Below are positions 1 to 9,102 of a DNA stretch of 64,000 nt, one piece after another. Under the pieces are notes generated by a model. The model was given only the letters and a program-made list of their open reading frames with translations. It was not told the DNA's origin and searched no databases. Position 1 is the first letter of the stretch; every line of letters starts with the position of its first letter. The DNA lies in contig CAYXIJ010000005.1 of the NCBI GenBank assembly GCA_964465375.1, forward strand, positions 27,079 through 91,078. The letters are read 5' to 3'. Origin of the DNA: an uncultured Gammaproteobacteria bacterium. Lineage in GTDB: Bacteria > Pseudomonadota > Gammaproteobacteria > Steroidobacterales > Rariloculaceae. The translations under genes and the position numbers were made by a program.

Positions 1-3000
1 TAAACCTCGCTCACCCCAGACCTTAACAACTTCGTGGCTAAGCATCGTACCGACTGTTCGATTGATATTCAGAATGGGCAAGTCAATCTCAACTTCTTTT
101 CCATGATCAATTGCATCCCGGGAAAGTTCGATCAACTTATTGTCGAGAGCGTGCTCAAGCCCATGATCCTGAACAGTGGTACAACGAACTTCAACTCCCT
201 TGTGAAGTTTCGCAGCCGGCGTAAGAATCGGCGTTAGATTAAGTCCATCGGCTTTCCAGTGATTGATGGCATCGCGTGTTTCAAGTACATCCACTCGTCC
301 GATCATGTCATCCATTCGGCGAAATCCAAGTTTCGCCATAAGAAAACGAGTTTCTTCGGCAACCATAAAGAGATAGTTAACGACGTGGTCAGCCTGACCC
401 ACAAATTTTTTTCGTAACACTGGATCCTGAGTGGCAATGCCCACAGGGCAGGTATTCAAATGACATTTGCGCATCATAATGCAACCCATAGCGATCAAAG
501 GCGCCGTTGAGAAACCCATTTCCTCTGCGCCTAAAAGAGCGGCAATTACAACGTCACGGCCCGTTTTCAGTCCGCCATCAGTCTGCAAAACAACACGACT
601 ACGCAAATCGTTCAGCACCAACGTCTGATGAGTTTCTGCAATTCCGAGTTCCCACGGCAACCCAGCATGCTTAATACTAGTTAACGGCGAGGCCCCCGTA
701 CCTCCCGAATCACCAGAAATCAAGATGTGATCTGCATGAGCCTTAGCAACACCCGCCGCGACTGTACCAACACCCACCTCCGAAACCAGCTTGACGCTGA
801 CTCTCGCTGATGGATTGGAATTCTTTAAATCATGGATTAACTGGGCCAAATCTTCTATGGAATAAATATCGTGATGGGGAGGTGGACTGATTAAGCCTAC
901 TCCCGGAGTTGAATAGCGAATTCGTGCAATAATCTCATCTACCTTGCGACCGGGGAGCTCACCTCCCTCGCCAGGCTTTGCGCCCTGAGCCATTTTGATC
1001 TGCAGCTCATCGGCATTGGTCAAATACCAAATCGTCACGCCGAAACGACCAGAAGCTACTTGCTTAATAGCCGAACGTCTTGAGTCTCCTGAAGGGTAGG
1101 GTATGAAACGATCCGGGTCCTCTCCTCCTTCCCCCGTGTTACTTCTACCCCCCATACGATTCATTGCCACAGCAAGCGTCTCGTGGGCCTCCGCCGAAAT
1201 GGATCCAAAACTCATTGCACCCGTGCAAAATCTTTTAACAATCTCACTAGCTGGTTCTACCTTCTTAAGAGAAATAGCATCAGCAGCACTTGATTTGAAA
1301 CGCAACAAACCCCTCAAGGTACAATTCGCCCTTGCATGATCATTAGCATGGTCGGAAAATTGTTTGTAAGCAGTATTCCCTTTGGTTCGTGCAGCTAACT
1401 GTAGATTGGAGATTACCGTGGGATCCCATGCATGGCGTTCACCGGCACTACGCCAGTGGAACTCCCCTGGATTGGGCAAGCTCTTAGGCAAAGAATCGTC
1501 TAAGGCTCCTAAGTAACCCAATGCATGTCGCCTTAGTAACTCTTCCTCTAAAACGTCAAAATGCACACCCTGCAAACGGCTAGCCGTACCTGCAAAGCAT
1601 CGATCTATAACCTCATCGGCAAGTCCCACCGATTCAAAGATTTGTGCACCTTTATAAGACTGAAGTGTAGAAATACCCATCTTTGCCATCACCTTCAGCA
1701 TACCTTTGGCCACACCTTTCCGGTAAGACCTGACAACACTTGCATCATCGGCATGGGTTTTTGGATCCAATAAACCGTCCCTCCTCGTTTGCCACAACGC
1801 CTCAAAAGCCAAATAGGGATTAATTGCATCAGCCCCATAGCCCACCAATAGACAATGGTGATGTACCTCCCTAGCCTCGCCAGTTTCCACGACGATTCCA
1901 ATTCTCGTGCGCTTGGCGCATTTCACTAGGTGGTGGTGCACAGCTCCACAGGCCGCTAGGGCACTTACCGGTACGTTATCTCCACTAATCCCCCGATCAG
2001 ATAGCACTACGATACTGTAGCCATCGTCAATTGCCTGTTCCGCCTGTATACAAATGCCGTCCAAGGCGCCCACCAGTGCACCAGGAATCTTGTTTCTATC
2101 AAACGTAATATCAATTGTTTTCGAACGCCACCCACGATGATCCAAGCATTTAATTTTTTCCATTTCATCATTTGTGAGAATCGGATGCCGCAAACGTAAA
2201 CGGTGGCAATGTTGCTCAGTGGTATCAAGCAGATTTTTCTCCGGACCAATATAGCATTCGAGAGACATAATGATTTCTTCCCGAATAGAATCGATCGGCG
2301 GATTTGTAACTTGTGCGAACAGCTGCTTAAAATAATCGTAGAGCATCCGCGGCTCATCACTCAGGCATGCTAAAGCCGAGTCATTGCCCATTGAGCCAAC
2401 CGGATCTCGCAGCTCCTCGATGAGTGGGCGCAGCATGAATTGCATAGTCTCAACGGTATAACCGAAAGACTTCATCCGAGCGAGCAGCGTCTTTTCGTTC
2501 AAATGTGGGACATTTTTGGGAGCTTTTACGTCTCTGAGTGTAATTCGTTGCGACTTGAGCCACTTGGCATAATTCAACCGGCCGGCGAATTTCTTCTTTA
2601 GCTCCCCGTCTGGCACAAGCCTACCTTGCTCGAAGTCCACGAGAAACATTCTCCCTGGCTCGAGCCGTCCTTTCGCCTTTACCATCGTGGGTTCAACGGC
2701 AAGCACGCCTACCTCGCTAGCCATGATCACCCGATCATCATGAGTAAGATAGTAGCGACTGGGTCGCAACCCATTGCGATCCAACACCGCGCCAATGTAA
2801 TGCCCGTCCGTGAAGGCAATGGACGCTGGACCATCCCATGGCTCCAAAACACAGGAATGAAATTCATAGAAGGCCCGTTTCTGAGCATCCATGAGCTCAT
2901 TTTTCTGCCACGCTTCAGGAATCATCATCATGACTGACTCCTGAAGCGTCCTTCCTGTCATCAGGAGAAACTCTAGAACGTTATCAAAGTTTCCTGAATC

Positions 3001-3909
3001 AGAACAATCCGGCTCAACGACGGGGAAAAGTCCTTGTATTGACTCTCCGAACAAATCGCTCTCGGCAACACCTTCCCTGGCCCTCATCCAATTGATATTT
3101 CCCCGCAAGGTGTTGATTTCACCGTTGTGACACATGAACCGGTTAGGCTGTGCACGGTCCCAGCTAGGAAAGGTATTAGTAGAGAAACGCGAATGAACCA
3201 TTGCCAAATGCGTCTTATAATCCTCCGCCGTCAGATCGGGGAAAAAAGTCATTAACTGGCCACACGTCAGCATGCCCTTATAGATCATTATCTTGGTGGA
3301 CAGGCTACATACATAGAATAGATTTGCTTGATCCATTCGCTCATCGTTTCGCAGGAGTCGTGTTGCGCGCTTACGTATTAGGTAGAGTTTTCGCTCAAAG
3401 ACTTCTCCCTCTAGGCCCTCACTGGCCTCAATGAAAACTTGCTCAATGTGGGGTGCTGCATCGCGGGCAGTAGGCCCTAGGCCCGCTAGCTCAGCTTCTG
3501 TGGGCACAAGCCGCCATCCCACCAGTTTCTGACCCTCCTCTGCGCATATTGTTTCCACGGCGCGCTTACACCTGTCACGTTGACTATCATCCGTAGGTAA
3601 AAAAACGATGCCAGCACCAAACTTTCCGGGCTCCGGAAGCGATTTCCCCAAATCATCCTCAGCTACTCTGGCAAGAAACTCGTGGGGAAGCGCCGTCAAA
3701 ATGCCAGCCCCATCACCGGTATGCACTTCAGACCCGCGCGCGCCGCGATGATCCATTCGGCCGAGCAAACTACCTGCATCACGAACAATCTGATGGGAGC
3801 GCTCGCCTTTTATATTTGCCACAAACCCGACACCACAACTGTCTCGCTCCTGGTCTGGACGATACAAGCCATGTGCTGGCGGCAGGCCTTGGTAACCGGG
3901 AAAAATCAT
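1..3909 (-). CDS. gltB: Glutamate synthase large subunit, N-terminal 1303 codons; the C-terminal end lies beyond the left window edge
   Basis: Absent from the ORF track because it has no in-window stop. The reverse complement from the ATG at 3909-3907 reads MIFPGYQGLPPAHGLYRPDQERDSCGVGFVANIKG (Ntn-amidotransferase CGVGF). The same frame at 732-685 reads DHILISGDSGGTGASP (FMN-domain signature). No stop-terminated ORF starting at 3909 is listed, so the frame stays open to position 1. Confidence 0.9.
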   Translation of the reverse strand, partial: MIFPGYQGLPPAHGLYRPDQERDSCGVGFVANIKGERSHQIVRDAGSLLGRMDHRGARGSEVHTGDGAGILTALPHEFLARVAEDDLGKSLPEPGKFGAGIVFLPTDDSQRDRCKRAVETICAEEGQKLVGWRLVPTEAELAGLGPTARDAAPHIEQVFIEASEGLEGEVFERKLYLIRKRATRLLRNDERMDQANLFYVCSLSTKIMIYKGMLTCGQLMTFFPDLTAEDYKTHLAMVHSRFSTNTFPSWDRAQPNRFMCHNGEINTLRGNINWMRAREGVAESDLFGESIQGLFPVVEPDCSDSGNFDNVLEFLLMTGRTLQESVMMMIPEAWQKNELMDAQKRAFYEFHSCVLEPWDGPASIAFTDGHYIGAVLDRNGLRPSRYYLTHDDRVIMASEVGVLAVEPTMVKAKGRLEPGRMFLVDFEQGRLVPDGELKKKFAGRLNYAKWLKSQRITLRDVKAPKNVPHLNEKTLLARMKSFGYTVETMQFMLRPLIEELRDPVGSMGNDSALACLSDEPRMLYDYFKQLFAQVTNPPIDSIREEIIMSLECYIGPEKNLLDTTEQHCHRLRLRHPILTNDEMEKIKCLDHRGWRSKTIDITFDRNKIPGALVGALDGICIQAEQAIDDGYSIVVLSDRGISGDNVPVSALAACGAVHHHLVKCAKRTRIGIVVETGEAREVHHHCLLVGYGADAINPYLAFEALWQTRRDGLLDPKTHADDASVVRSYRKGVAKGMLKVMAKMGISTLQSYKGAQIFESVGLADEVIDRCFAGTASRLQGVHFDVLEEELLRRHALGYLGALDDSLPKSLPNPGEFHWRSAGERHAWDPTVISNLQLAARTKGNTAYKQFSDHANDHARANCTLRGLLRFKSSAADAISLKKVEPASEIVKRFCTGAMSFGSISAEAHETLAVAMNRMGGRSNTGEGGEDPDRFIPYPSGDSRRSAIKQVASGRFGVTIWYLTNADELQIKMAQGAKPGEGGELPGRKVDEIIARIRYSTPGVGLISPPPHHDIYSIEDLAQLIHDLKNSNPSARVSVKLVSEVGVGTVAAGVAKAHADHILISGDSGGTGASPLTSIKHAGLPWELGIAETHQTLVLNDLRSRVVLQTDGGLKTGRDVVIAALLGAEEMGFSTAPLIAMGCIMMRKCHLNTCPVGIATQDPVLRKKFVGQADHVVNYLFMVAEETRFLMAKLGFRRMDDMIGRVDVLETRDAINHWKADGLNLTPILTPAAKLHKGVEVRCTTVQDHGLEHALDNKLIELSRDAIDHGKEVEIDLPILNINRTVGTMLSHEVVKVWGERGL

Positions 3910-3959
3910 TGCGTGACCACGCTAAACCAACTTGCCTTGAAAAAAATATAACCAATTGA

Positions 3960-3982
3960 AAGACAACTTATAAAGTTGTTCT
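3960..3982. repeat. Imperfect 10-3-10 inverted repeat with a perfect core ACAACTT-ATA-AAGTTGT (3963-3979), upstream of gltB
   Basis: Read directly from the sequence. It lies 54-70 nt upstream of the gltB ATG (3909), inside the gltB/thiolase divergent intergenic region. Confidence 0.6.
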
Positions 3983-4010
3983 TGACAAAAAGTCATGACA
4001 CCCCCTTGGC

Positions 4011-4028
4011 GAAGCATCTCAATGCTTC
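4011..4028. repeat. Perfect hairpin GAAGCAT-CTCA-ATGCTTC
   Basis: Read directly from the sequence: a 7-bp stem and a 4-nt loop. It is not followed by a T-run on either strand. Confidence 0.6.
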
Positions 4029-4450
4029 ACTCCTCCCTGAATATACCCCAACAGTTTTAACGGCTGTGTTGCCGAACCTAAACAGGGCCCGGCTCGCGCA
4101 TCAGCGGCTGGAAGGCCGCCGGAATTTTATTCTGCTGCTTTATAGGGCCCACTATAAGAAGGGATAGAAGCCCGCGTCAACCATCTTCTCCCCTACATAA
4201 TAACAGATTATCTTTATTAATCATATATTTATATATTCAAAAACCCTGTCAGCCACTGTGCCAACATGTAATCTAGCGCCCGAGAATCAGTTTATTTATC
4301 GGCTTTGCTTGCTCAGCCTGTGTGCAACAGAATACACCCCAAGATCCATTTTTATGCTTTTCCGCAGTACGATATCGTGGCGGAAAAGTGTTAAATAGCA
4401 AAACGACCGATTTTTTGTATGAGTGGCTCTCGATAAAGGGGAAGAATGGT

Positions 4451-5734
4451 ATGCGCAATCAACCAGCAAGACGCGTAGCGATTTTAGGCGGAACCCGGAT
4501 TCCATTTTGTCGGTCTTATACCAAATATAGCTCTTGTTCCAACCTAGACATGATGAGTGCAGTACTTCGGGCCTTAGTCAATAACTTCGATTTGAAGGGA
4601 GCAAAACTTGATGACGTTTCCCTAGGCGCGGTCATCAAACATTCCCGGGACTGGAATTTAGCACGTGAGAGCGTATTGTCCTCTGGACTTGCAGCGGAAA
4701 CCCCGGCCTTTGACCTGCAACGCGCCTGTGGCACAAGTCTTTCGGCAACCATTTTAATAGCGAGCAAAATCTCAACTGGTCTAATGGAGGTGGGAATCGC
4801 TGGTGGGAGCGATACCGTAAGTGATGTCCCCATAGTCTACCCAGATGCATATCGCGCGCTCCTTCTTGAGAGCGCATCAGGACGCTCACTTGCACAAAAA
4901 ATTCTTCCCTGGCTTAAATTACGACCCCGACATTTTAAGCCCCAGTTCCCCAACGTCGTCGAGCCCCGGACCAAACTATCCATGGGTGAAAGCATGGAAC
5001 TCACAGCAAAACAGTGGAAAATTTCTAGGCAAAATCAGGACGAACTGGCGCTTGCAAGCCATCTAAATGCGAGTAGAGCCTACGAAGAAGGTTTTTATGA
5101 TGACCTCGTGGTGGAGTACCAAGGTATCACCCGAGACAACAATATCCGGTCAGACACAAATCCTGAACAATTAGCAAAACTTAAGCCTGTTTTCGACCGA
5201 ACAAATTCAGGAACAATGACTGCTGGCAACAGTACGCCACTTACAGACGGTGCGTCTGCGGTGCTGCTAGCTTCAGAAGAATGGGCCAGACAGAGAGGCC
5301 TGCCTATCCTCGCCTTCCTCACTTACGCGAAAGTGAGTGCGGTAGATTTTGTTAATAAAGAAGGGTTGCTCATGGCTCCTGCCTATGCAGTATCCGATAT
5401 GCTAAAAGACGCGGAGTTTAGTCTGCAGGACTTTGATTTCTACGAAATCCATGAAGCCTTCGCAGCACAGACACTTGCCTGTTTAAAAGCCTGGGAATCC
5501 GAGGAATTTTGCCGTAACTTTTTAGGAAGAGAGCATGCGCTTGGATCGATCGATCGAAAAAAATTAAATACAAAAGGGGGAAGCGTTGCCATTGGACACC
5601 CTTTTGCTGCAACCGGGACCCGAATTGTGTCTAGCCTAGCGAAACTTTTGCACCAGACCCAAGCCGGGCGTGGACTTGCCTCAGTGTGCACTGCTGGCGG
5701 CATGGGAGTAACTGCGATACTGGAAAAACCATAG
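4451..5734 (+). CDS. Thiolase family acetyl-CoA C-acyltransferase
   Basis: The listed ORF is 4322..5734. I start it at the ATG at 4451 (MRNQPARRVAILGGTRIPF), preceded by AAGGGGA. It has the thiolase active-site Cys context QRACGTSLSA and the C-terminal CTAGGMGVTAILEK. Confidence 0.85.
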   Translation: MRNQPARRVAILGGTRIPFCRSYTKYSSCSNLDMMSAVLRALVNNFDLKGAKLDDVSLGAVIKHSRDWNLARESVLSSGLAAETPAFDLQRACGTSLSATILIASKISTGLMEVGIAGGSDTVSDVPIVYPDAYRALLLESASGRSLAQKILPWLKLRPRHFKPQFPNVVEPRTKLSMGESMELTAKQWKISRQNQDELALASHLNASRAYEEGFYDDLVVEYQGITRDNNIRSDTNPEQLAKLKPVFDRTNSGTMTAGNSTPLTDGASAVLLASEEWARQRGLPILAFLTYAKVSAVDFVNKEGLLMAPAYAVSDMLKDAEFSLQDFDFYEIHEAFAAQTLACLKAWESEEFCRNFLGREHALGSIDRKKLNTKGGSVAIGHPFAATGTRIVSSLAKLLHQTQAGRGLASVCTAGGMGVTAILEKP

Positions 5735-5751
5735 GTCGTATTGGATAAATA

Positions 5752-7428
5752 ATGGAAGTCTTTGTCTTTATCAACCAAATTCTGTGGCACAACAGTGTGC
5801 TCGGTTTGCTGCTAGCAACAGGGGTTGTGCTGACTATCAAGAGCAGATTTTGTCAGTACCGAGCACTAACACATGGCGTACAAATCTTGCGCGGTACCTA
5901 TGATAATAGCAACGATCCCGGAGCAATTAGCCACTTTCAGGCCCTGTCTGCTGCGCTCTCTGCCACGGTAGGGCTAGGCAACATTGGTGGCGTGGCACTT
6001 GCCATCGCATTAGGTGGGCCGGGGGCCATCTTCTGGATGTGGGTTGTAGGCTTCTTTGGAATGGCTATCAAGCTTACAGAAGTGGGTCTTTCCATGCTGT
6101 ATCGCAATACCGATGATCCACAAAATCCACATGGTGGTCCAATGTGGGTGGTGAGCAAGGGACTTGCAAATATGCATCCCAGATTAGCTCCCCTGGGCAA
6201 ATGTATCGGAGCTATCTTCTGCCTGACATTGCTAGTATCCGCGGCAACTGGCGGAAACATGTTTCAAGCTTGGAACGTTGGCACAATCACTGAAGAATAC
6301 TTTGGAATTCCCAGTGTGTTAGCAGGAATTGTGCTCGCGTTGCTGGTTGGAATGGTCATCATTGGAGGAATCAAAAGGATTGGCGCAGTGGCGGGTCGAC
6401 TGGTGCCCTTTATGGTTGCTTTATACATGATAGCTGGCACTTACGTATTAATTGTTCATGCATCAGCCATTCCCAATATGATCATTCTTATTTTCAAGTC
6501 CGCCTTTTTTTCTCAGCAAATGACCGGCGCCTTCATTGGTGGCACCGCAGGTTATGCTTTCCTGTTTGGAATGAAGCGGGCTTTGTTCTCCAACGAGGCG
6601 GGACAGGGATCATCACCCATTGCTCACTCAGCAGCGAAAACTAGCGAGCCAGTCAGGGAAGCCTTGGTAGCTGGGCTCGAACCATTCATCGATACAATCG
6701 TCGTTTGTACTTTCACTGCATTAGTCATTCTATCTACAGGAATTTGGAACCGTTCATCCGAAGCAAATTTCGTGGAGATACCGTCAATCGTGCAATCGGG
6801 TACGTCGCAGTGGACCCTCCATACGCCTGAAATACCACAACGCATCGAAGGTAGCTGGACAAGTGGTGACCACGTTTTCGCCATTGTGAGCGCCGATCCT
6901 AATCCACAATCAGGAAATCAGCTACATCGGCTCAGCGGAGAATTTGTAGATATAGCCGGTGAACTTCAAATCGATTGGGAAAGCCTTGAAAGCGAATCAG
7001 TCCCCCACCCTATTGATACGAACCTTTATGCTAGCTACGTAGGGGCAACTCTCACTGCAAAAGCCTTTGATTCCGTTGTACCTGGTTTAGGTAAATGGTT
7101 AATTACATTGGCAGTTTGGCTCTTTGCAATTTCTACGATGATATCTTGGAGTTATTACGGGGAGCAGGGAATTGTCTACCTTCTGGGTGAACGTATGGTA
7201 CTGACATACAGGCTAATTTATTGCGCGCTAATCATAGTAGCTACCTTAGGTTTTATTGAATCGGATGCAGACCTTGATAACGTAACCAGCATTGGTACTG
7301 GCGTTATGTTATTCGCCAATGTACCCATCATTTGGTTATTTGGCCGTCAAGCATTGCGCGCTTACCATGACTACATTGCACGGCTGAAGAAGGGACAGAT
7401 TAAGCCTTATCAACCCCCTGCCATTTGA
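5752..7428 (+). CDS. Alanine/glycine:cation symporter (AGCS) family transporter with a large internal loop insertion
   Basis: 558 aa with multiple TM helices. AGCS motifs are present: ALSATVGLGNIGGVALAI, FSNEAGQGSSPIAHSAAKT and STMISWSYYGEQG. Confidence 0.85.
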   Translation: MEVFVFINQILWHNSVLGLLLATGVVLTIKSRFCQYRALTHGVQILRGTYDNSNDPGAISHFQALSAALSATVGLGNIGGVALAIALGGPGAIFWMWVVGFFGMAIKLTEVGLSMLYRNTDDPQNPHGGPMWVVSKGLANMHPRLAPLGKCIGAIFCLTLLVSAATGGNMFQAWNVGTITEEYFGIPSVLAGIVLALLVGMVIIGGIKRIGAVAGRLVPFMVALYMIAGTYVLIVHASAIPNMIILIFKSAFFSQQMTGAFIGGTAGYAFLFGMKRALFSNEAGQGSSPIAHSAAKTSEPVREALVAGLEPFIDTIVVCTFTALVILSTGIWNRSSEANFVEIPSIVQSGTSQWTLHTPEIPQRIEGSWTSGDHVFAIVSADPNPQSGNQLHRLSGEFVDIAGELQIDWESLESESVPHPIDTNLYASYVGATLTAKAFDSVVPGLGKWLITLAVWLFAISTMISWSYYGEQGIVYLLGERMVLTYRLIYCALIIVATLGFIESDADLDNVTSIGTGVMLFANVPIIWLFGRQALRAYHDYIARLKKGQIKPYQPPAI

Positions 7429-7432
7429 GCAT

Positions 7433-8308
7433 CTAAAGTTGATGCATCAATCGTTCTATTGCAGCCCGCAGTTGAGGTAAATAAGCGCTGCCGAAAATAT
7501 TAAAATGATTCAACAGATGGTAGAGGTTATACAAATCCACTCGTGATTCCCATCCTGGAGCCAAAGGCCAAGCTTCCTCGTAAGCATTGTAAAAATTCCA
7601 TCCAAAACCACCAAAAAGACGGGTCATAGCAAGGTCGGCCTCCCGATCGCCAAAGTAAACTGCGGGATCGTAGATCGCTGGCTCACCACCAATCGTAATC
7701 CCCCAGTTGCCAGCCCATAAGTCACCGTGTAGGAGTGAGGGGGTCGGTTGGTAATCATAAAAATATGGCTCCAGACTGCCCAAAAGCATAGAAATTTTTT
7801 TTAAGTCTTTCGCGGGCAAATTGTTACTGGCAGCCAATTTAGCCTGAAAGCCGATTCTTCGATCGTGCAAGAAGGCCAGCCAATCCTCAGTAGGATCATT
7901 GGGCTGATGGGTAACCCCAATGGTATTATGCCGATGCCAACCAAAGCGCTCACCCAAAACCCTATGCTGAAGAGCCAAGCCAAGACCGAGGCTCCGCTCC
8001 GCGCGGTCCGACTTGGGGACCAATTCCAACCAATCCATTGCGAGATACGACCATTTACCAGCTATACCACAATCAAGGACATCCGGTACTTTGAGCGCGC
8101 TCACCTCAGAGAGAGCCTTTAGACCCTCAGCCTCTGCTTCAAACACCACTAACTGCTCGGCTTGACCAACCTTAACAAACGCCGATTCATTGTCCGCATC
8201 AAACCGAAATGTAAGGCCGGCTGAACCGCTCCTTATGACCACAGGATTTTTTCTATATTGTCTTCCAGTCCGGAGCACCAACGCTTCGACAACTTCACTA
8301 ACATCCAT
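7433..8308 (-). CDS. Fructosamine/ketosamine-3-kinase family protein
   Basis: 291 aa. Kinase-like fold with LLHGDLWAGNW and DPAVYFGDREADLAM, typical of the FN3K/YniA family. Confidence 0.8.
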   Translation of the reverse strand: MDVSEVVEALVLRTGRQYRKNPVVIRSGSAGLTFRFDADNESAFVKVGQAEQLVVFEAEAEGLKALSEVSALKVPDVLDCGIAGKWSYLAMDWLELVPKSDRAERSLGLGLALQHRVLGERFGWHRHNTIGVTHQPNDPTEDWLAFLHDRRIGFQAKLAASNNLPAKDLKKISMLLGSLEPYFYDYQPTPSLLHGDLWAGNWGITIGGEPAIYDPAVYFGDREADLAMTRLFGGFGWNFYNAYEEAWPLAPGWESRVDLYNLYHLLNHFNIFGSAYLPQLRAAIERLMHQL

Positions 8309-8349
8309 GCAACTGACTCGGATCGCAACGAATCAAAACTACACTCGTA

Positions 8350-8976
8350 CTAGGCGGGCACAATTCCCTTATCCACACGATGGTGAAGGCGCGCGTGCAA
8401 CGGAGAAGTACGAGGAAAGTGTGTCAACAAATATTCCATTTGATCAACCAATACACGGCGGCCTTTTAGATAGATGTACTCTGCATAACTCGGAGTGAAA
8501 GGCACCGCCACCAATTGCATGCCCGCCTGTTCTGCCGTACGGCCTCCCTTTTGATTATTGCACCGCCTACATGCTGTCACTACATTCATCCAGACATCGC
8601 GACCCCCAAAACGCAATGGTGTAACATGGTCCCTAGTCAGTTCTGTAGATACAAACTGCACTGCACAATATAAACAAAGATTCGCATCACGCCGAAAAAG
8701 CGTTCTATTATTCAATGGGGGTATGTATTGGCCCCACTTGCCCTCCACACCTCGGGTATCACCAAGCGTTGCAATAATAGAGTTCACCTCAATTACGCTT
8801 CGCTCTCCCGTCCGTGCACTGCAGCCACCCCAAACCTTATATATAGTGCTGCCACAAGTGTAAGCAACCTGTTCTGTATAGTAGAGCCGAGCTGCATCAC
8901 GATAGTTGATCCATTCTAAAGGCATGCCTCCGATGTCGGCTCTCAAGACTTCTTGGCTTATGGTATATCTTTCCAC
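8350..8976 (-). CDS. HNH endonuclease (McrA-like) with an uncharacterised N-terminal domain of about 100 aa
   Basis: 208 aa. The HNH/zinc-finger core is CLYCAVQ...TRDHVTPLRFGGRDVWMNVVTACRRCNNQKG. Confidence 0.75.
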   Translation of the reverse strand: MERYTISQEVLRADIGGMPLEWINYRDAARLYYTEQVAYTCGSTIYKVWGGCSARTGERSVIEVNSIIATLGDTRGVEGKWGQYIPPLNNRTLFRRDANLCLYCAVQFVSTELTRDHVTPLRFGGRDVWMNVVTACRRCNNQKGGRTAEQAGMQLVAVPFTPSYAEYIYLKGRRVLVDQMEYLLTHFPRTSPLHARLHHRVDKGIVPA

Positions 8977-9102
8977 TTCAAATTCTCGGCGATTTTTCTA
9001 CCTTGCCCAGAAAGTGTCATCAAAAATAACGAAAGACTCAATAGTTTCTGGCAATAGCCTCAAAAAACGAACTCTGAGGGGGAGCCTGGGGAAAACTTCA
9101 AA

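Noticed and set aside
2606-2630. Sigma-54 promoter-like TGGCAC hexamers (about 2606, 5783 and 6432).
   Set aside because: None has the GG-N10-GC spacing with a TTGC -12 element, and all lie inside coding sequence.
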